64,000 nucleotides of DNA from Patescibacteria group bacterium (GTDB taxonomy: Bacteria; Patescibacteriota; Patescibacteriia; JAQUQO01), in assembly GCA_028716045.1 (NCBI GenBank), contig JAQUQO010000001.1, positions 384,942-448,941 of the forward strand, read 5' to 3'. A model generated the notes under the pieces. The model was not told the origin of the DNA. It did not search any database and was given only the letters and a program-made list of their open reading frames with translations. The position numbers were made by a program, and so were the translations under genes. Shown here one piece after another: positions 60,440 to 64,000 of the stretch. Within the stretch, counting starts at the first letter, position 1. Each line of letters begins with the position of its first letter.

Positions 60440-62443
60440 CTAATTACCCTGATTAGGTTGTGGCGGTTGTTGGGGCTGATTAGGTGGCGCGGGCGGGCTG
60501 GGCTGTGTGGGTTGAGTTGGCGGCGTGGGCTGGGCGGGCGGAGTTGGTTGGGTCGGTAATGTTGGCTGGCTGGGCGGAGTCGGCTTAGCGGGTTTAGCGG
60601 GCTGCTCTGACTCTCCGGACTGCGTCGGTTTAGCGGGCTTACTAGGTTTAGTGGGCTGTTCGGGCGGAGTCGGTGGCGTTGGTTGACCGGATTCTGTGGA
60701 TGGAACGGGTTGAGTGGTCTGTTCCGGTTTGACGGGCTTGGCCGCCTTTTGACAGTTCATTACACAAACATCCTTGTTAGTCGTACAGGCGGAGCTTTTC
60801 GCGGTAACTAGAGCGTGACAAGCGGTCTCTGCTGAATCGCATACCCTGGCAATACACGCACGCATCACTTCTGCTGTCGAACGGTTACCTTCAGCGTCTT
60901 TGGTCTCACATGTTACTTCTCTGCAATACTGTCCTTGTGAACGGCAAGCCTCGGTCTCCACACTTAGTGCAGAGATACAATCTCTTCCAGTTAATTCACA
61001 ATCTTCAATACACTTCACCGGATTGGGATTAGTATTCTGACCTTGTCCTCCTCCTTGACCAGAACCCGGATTAAAACCCTCGCCTTGATTGGGACCGCTA
61101 TTACTCGGACCACCATCTTGGCCCCCGCCGCCTTGTCCCTGCTCTCGATCACCTTGACTACCTTGATTTTGTCCATCTTGACCCTCTGGACGAGCCGGAG
61201 GAATTGGGGTAAATGATTCAAAACAAGTTTTCATTTGTGTGCCGATGGTTGGGTTGGGCATCACGCTTCCGCTTTTTAATTTTTCAATGGTATCTGCGCC
61301 TAAAGAGGAAGTCAGACAAACCGAAATTTCCGCCGGCATATTATTAAGAGATTCTTGTATTTTTTGTTGGCCTTCCTGCATGGTCTTCTGGTCTTCCTCG
61401 GAAATCATGCCATTGTCTTTGGCAAAATTGAAACAAACTTCGGAATTGGCCGCGGCGTTGCAAAAGGCGTCGCATTCTTCCTTAGTTTTACATCCGCCGG
61501 GACCTTCACCGCCGGTTTTCATGGCCGCTTGCGCTTCATCGGTAGTCATTGCTCCCGTGGCCTCGGCAAATTTAACGCATTCTTCAAAATGGGCCTCTTG
61601 AGAACAATAATCCTGGCATCCCTCTTCGCCGCAGCCGGGGAGCTCGACTCCTTCTTCCATGGCATTAAGCATTTTTTGCAATTGTCTCATCTTTGGAGGA
61701 GATAGGATTCCCGCTGTTGTAGCAAAACTTCCGCATTCGGCCGCGTGTTCCGAACCTTCGCGACAATAAACTTCACATTCAGTACCATGACACGGAGGCA
61801 CGGCGCCATTTTTTATGGCGGTTAAAACTTTTCGCGCGTTTTCCTGCTCCGCGGCCGGCAAAATTCCGGCTTCGGTGCCGAAGTTTATGCACGCTTCCAT
61901 GCCTTTGGCGGACGCGCAATAATTTTCACAATCTTTCCGGCCGGTGCAGCTTAAGGGCTTAACGCCGCTTTTAACGGCGGTGACAATCTTCTTAGCTTCT
62001 TGTAAATCTTCTTCGGGCAGTAACTCGTTTTTCTCCGCGAAAGCAACGCAGGTTTCCAGATTGTCTTTGTTATCGCAATAATCCTCGCAAGCGTCCGTTC
62101 CCTGGCATTCGCCGGGGCCGGTCATGCCGACGGCCTGGAACTTTTTGGCCGCGGATACCTCTTCCGCCTTCATTAAGCCGTGGTCTTCGCCGAAGGCGAG
62201 ACAGACATCGGTATTCTTCGTCTCATTGCAAAAAACTTTGCAATCTTCCCTGTCTTTGCAATTTCCCAATTCCTTGACGGGATACTGAACGCTTTCCACG
62301 GCGGTTTGATTTTGAGCTTGAGGTGTCTCTGTTTTAACCTCTTCTTGCGCCATTGCGAATGAGCCGATGACAAAAACGGAGATGATCGCAAACGAAACTA
62401 CGATTAAAACTCTAAAAATATTTTTGTTCATATTTTTATTCAA
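60440..62443 (-). CDS. Secreted surface protein with six tandem roughly 45-aa four-Cys repeats, a Gly/Gln-rich segment, a second Cys-rich module and a Pro/Thr-rich C-terminal tail
   Basis: Signal peptide. Repeats follow the pattern C-x5-C-x3-C-x9-C...(F/V)(A/G)(E/T)xxG(L/I/M), for example GNCKDREDCKVFCNETKNTDVCLAFGEDHGLM. The tail is PTPPTPPEQPTKPSKPAKP... Confidence 0.6.
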   Translation of the reverse strand: MNKNMNKNIFRVLIVVSFAIISVFVIGSFAMAQEEVKTETPQAQNQTAVESVQYPVKELGNCKDREDCKVFCNETKNTDVCLAFGEDHGLMKAEEVSAAKKFQAVGMTGPGECQGTDACEDYCDNKDNLETCVAFAEKNELLPEEDLQEAKKIVTAVKSGVKPLSCTGRKDCENYCASAKGMEACINFGTEAGILPAAEQENARKVLTAIKNGAVPPCHGTECEVYCREGSEHAAECGSFATTAGILSPPKMRQLQKMLNAMEEGVELPGCGEEGCQDYCSQEAHFEECVKFAEATGAMTTDEAQAAMKTGGEGPGGCKTKEECDAFCNAAANSEVCFNFAKDNGMISEEDQKTMQEGQQKIQESLNNMPAEISVCLTSSLGADTIEKLKSGSVMPNPTIGTQMKTCFESFTPIPPARPEGQDGQNQGSQGDREQGQGGGGQDGGPSNSGPNQGEGFNPGSGQGGGQGQNTNPNPVKCIEDCELTGRDCISALSVETEACRSQGQYCREVTCETKDAEGNRSTAEVMRACIARVCDSAETACHALVTAKSSACTTNKDVCVMNCQKAAKPVKPEQTTQPVPSTESGQPTPPTPPEQPTKPSKPAKPTQSGESEQPAKPAKPTPPSQPTLPTQPTPPAQPTPPTQPTQPSPPAPPNQPQQPPQPNQGN

Positions 62444-62723
62444 AAGGATTAGTTTTTATATTTGAAAAAGGATTGGTATTTTTATACGGATTGGCGTCGG
62501 GAACATCTTCCAACGGATTAATTACTACGGCGTCCATGTCCGGCAAAACGCCCTTGGCCACGCCTTGGTTGATGGATTCGACCGCTTCTTGAATATCCGT
62601 AACCGCTTGTTCGGCTTGTTTGGTAACGGAAGGTTTGTGAAATTTAATCCACAAAAAACAACCTCCTCCGGCCAAGCCCAGGATTAACATCGCCAAAACG
62701 ACGATTAATAATTTTTTGTTCAT
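62436..62723 (-). CDS. Small secreted protein
   Basis: Signal peptide plus a 60-aa mature chain. Confidence 0.4.
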   Translation of the reverse strand: MNKKLLIVVLAMLILGLAGGGCFLWIKFHKPSVTKQAEQAVTDIQEAVESINQGVAKGVLPDMDAVVINPLEDVPDANPYKNTNPFSNIKTNPFE

Positions 62724-62983
62724 ATGGTTTTTTATTTATATGGTCCTTTTATAATTAAATTTATTTAAAAATAAAACATAAACTATTGCTAAAAATGATC
62801 AAGTCACTCCGTAGCTATACTACGCTATTTCATAGCTACGTAGTAGCGACGGATAACCTTAGTGAAGGATGGCTCCCCCGCCACAACTTTTTTCGAACCC
62901 AGTGTTTAAACCGTTTTCTTGCAACATCGAGAATAACGAGTCGATTTTAGGGTTATATAATACCTGTTCGAACTCGTACGTTC

Positions 62984-63060
62984 CAGCTCCGGGACTTGGA
63001 TTCGAACCAAGATAAGCAGCTTCCTCGCCAAAGGCGAGTGCGCCTCGGGCGCAAAAGGCT
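62984..63060 (-). pseudogene. 3' half of a tRNA-Gln(TTG) (from anticodon-loop A37 to the acceptor end) preceded by a roughly 38-nt structured module
   Basis: Minus strand: AGCCTTTTGCGCCCGAGGCGCACTCGCCTTTGGCGAGG then AAGCTGCTTATCTTGGTTCGAATCCAAGTCCCGGAGCTG. The last 39 nt are identical to the 3' half of the intact tRNA at 63073-63143. Confidence 0.7.
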
Positions 63061-63072
63061 TTGTCAGCACAG

Positions 63073-63143
63073 CTCCGGGACTTGGATTCGAACCAAGATA
63101 AGCAGCTTCAAAGGCTGCTGTCCTACCATTAGACGATCCCGGA
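63073..63143 (-). tRNA. tRNA-Gln (anticodon TTG), CCA not encoded; 11-nt leader and trailer are perfectly complementary
   Basis: TCCGGGA...GCAGC-CTTTGAA-GCTGC...CTTGG-TTCGAAT-CCAAG-TCCCGGA-G. Flanks are TGTCAGCACAGC (5') and CTGTGCTGACA (3'). Confidence 0.85.
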
Positions 63144-63156
63144 GCTGTGCTGACAA

Positions 63157-63396
63157 TTATTTCAAAATTTGATCTAAAAATTTTCTCCCTTGCCCTGACT
63201 TCAAAAATTTTTCTCTTTGCATGGCCTCTGCCCGCGTTAGATAATCTTCTCTATAAATTAGTTGCCACGGACGATGTCCTTTAGTAAATCTATAATCGCC
63301 CTTATTGTGACGCCGCAATCTCTCGCCGGCATCTTTTCCACTCCCGACATAACGTTTGCCATCTTTCAAACTTTTTAAAACGTAGGTTTGATACAT
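63157..63396 (-). CDS. GIY-YIG family nuclease (stand-alone, 79 aa)
   Basis: MYQTYVLKS...GKRYVGSG...RLRRHNKG...LIYRE...REKFLK shows the GIY-YIG catalytic core pattern (Y..Y.G...R...H...E). Confidence 0.8.
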   Translation of the reverse strand: MYQTYVLKSLKDGKRYVGSGKDAGERLRRHNKGDYRFTKGHRPWQLIYREDYLTRAEAMQREKFLKSGQGRKFLDQILK

Positions 63397-63410
63397 ATCA
63401 ATCTTATGGG

Positions 63411-63530
63411 TCGCTTCCTCGCCAGAGACGAGTGCGCCGAAGGCGCAAAAGGCTGCTGTCCTACCACATTTAGCCTGCCCGCGGTCGCGGGACGCGGCCA
63501 GGGACGATTCCGGAAGAAATAACCAACGGC
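63411..63530 (-). pseudogene. Diverged 5' half of tRNA-Gln(TTG) (acceptor to anticodon U35, with about 30-nt insertion in the D-loop) fused to a second copy of the 38-nt structured module
   Basis: Minus strand: TCCGGAATCGTC[CCTGGCCGCGTCCCGCGACCGCGGGCAGG]CTAAATGTGGTAGGACAGCAGCCTTT then TGCGCCTTCGGCGCACTCGTCTCTGGCGAGGAAGC, running directly into the GIY-YIG ORF. Confidence 0.6.
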
Positions 63531-63544
63531 TGACAGCTGCTATT

Positions 63545-63952
63545 TTATATCTTTTTTAACGCTTTGTCAATCGCTTCGTTTACCAAAAAATCAGCATCTT
63601 TGTTATCTTCTCGATAGATATGCTTAAAGGTGACTTTTTTAAAGCCCATGGTCAGATTCCAAACTTTCACAAACAACGGTGCCAAATCTTTGTCTTTTAC
63701 TTTATATTCCCTGTTCATCTGTTTAGCCACCAATTCGCTGTCCAAAAAACATTCCACTTCCACGGCTTTTAATTCTTTGGCTTTTTCTAAACCAAAAATC
63801 AGCGCTTTATATTCCGCTTGGTTATTAGTCGTTTCTCCGATATATTTCCCCGCTGACCAAAGGACTTTTTTTAAATCTTTTATTACCGCCCCAATTCCTG
63901 CCGGCCCCGGATTACCTCGCGCCCCGCCATCGGTATATACTTTTAATTTCAT
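63545..63952 (-). CDS. rnhA: Ribonuclease HI
   Basis: VYTDGGARGNPGPAGIGAV...TNNQAEYKALIFGLE...DN are the RNase H catalytic DEDD residues and context. Confidence 0.9.
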   Translation of the reverse strand: MKLKVYTDGGARGNPGPAGIGAVIKDLKKVLWSAGKYIGETTNNQAEYKALIFGLEKAKELKAVEVECFLDSELVAKQMNREYKVKDKDLAPLFVKVWNLTMGFKKVTFKHIYREDNKDADFLVNEAIDKALKKI

Positions 63953-64000
63953 ATACTTTCGTATTATATTTTTTGTATATCCACCATCTTGAATTGCAAT

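Overview
This 64-kb window looks like a compact genome of Candidate Phyla Radiation / Patescibacteria type. It is low-GC, gene-dense, and most genes lie on the minus strand. Proteome is small and many proteins carry short N-terminal membrane anchors and Cys-rich extracytoplasmic domains. Housekeeping blocks I can recognise: the 3' end of dnaB; ybaB-recR; rplU; an MraY/WecA-type transferase; tgt; mraZ-rsmH-ftsL; hup; dnaX; cysS; a complete hrcA-grpE-hsp20-dnaK-dnaJ heat-shock operon with a canonical CIRCE operator; a MacA/MacB-type ABC export cluster; an OPT transporter; murF-ftsI; rarA; rlmH; xth; queH; typA; and rnhA. I call five tRNA genes: Gln-CTG, Glu-CTC, Pro-CGG, Gln-TTG and a Pro 3' fragment. 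Unexplained structure is concentrated in a few places. (1) A 1.7-kb non-coding stretch after dnaB contains a strongly predicted roughly 340-nt minus-strand RNA, with a perfect sigma-70 promoter and intrinsic terminator, that carries two identical SD-ATG-CCA-TTT-CTN-TAG mini-ORFs (peptide MPFL). (2) A 26-bp perfect palindrome, GACCCGTCrGTCGCGAyTGACGGGTC flanked by TTGACA, recurs at five loci and each time supplies the -35 box of a promoter, which suggests a regulon operator. (3) A chimeric protein joins sigma-70 region 4 to an RNA polymerase alpha-subunit C-terminal domain. (4) A tRNA-Gln(TTG) locus holds an intact tRNA with complementary leader and trailer, a GIY-YIG endonuclease gene, and flanking 5'-half and 3'-half tRNA pseudo-copies joined to a repeated roughly 38-nt structured module in the anticodon loop. 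This looks like an intron or homing-element footprint. (5) Families of modular palindromic (MITE/BIME-like) repeats fill the heat-shock operon spacers and other intergenic regions. (6) Surface proteins with unusual fusions include a VirB2/TrbC-like pilin core joined to an EGF-like Cys-rich domain and a protein with six 4-Cys repeats and a Pro/Thr tail, plus a stand-alone VirD4-like coupling ATPase. There is no CRISPR array and no reverse transcriptase.
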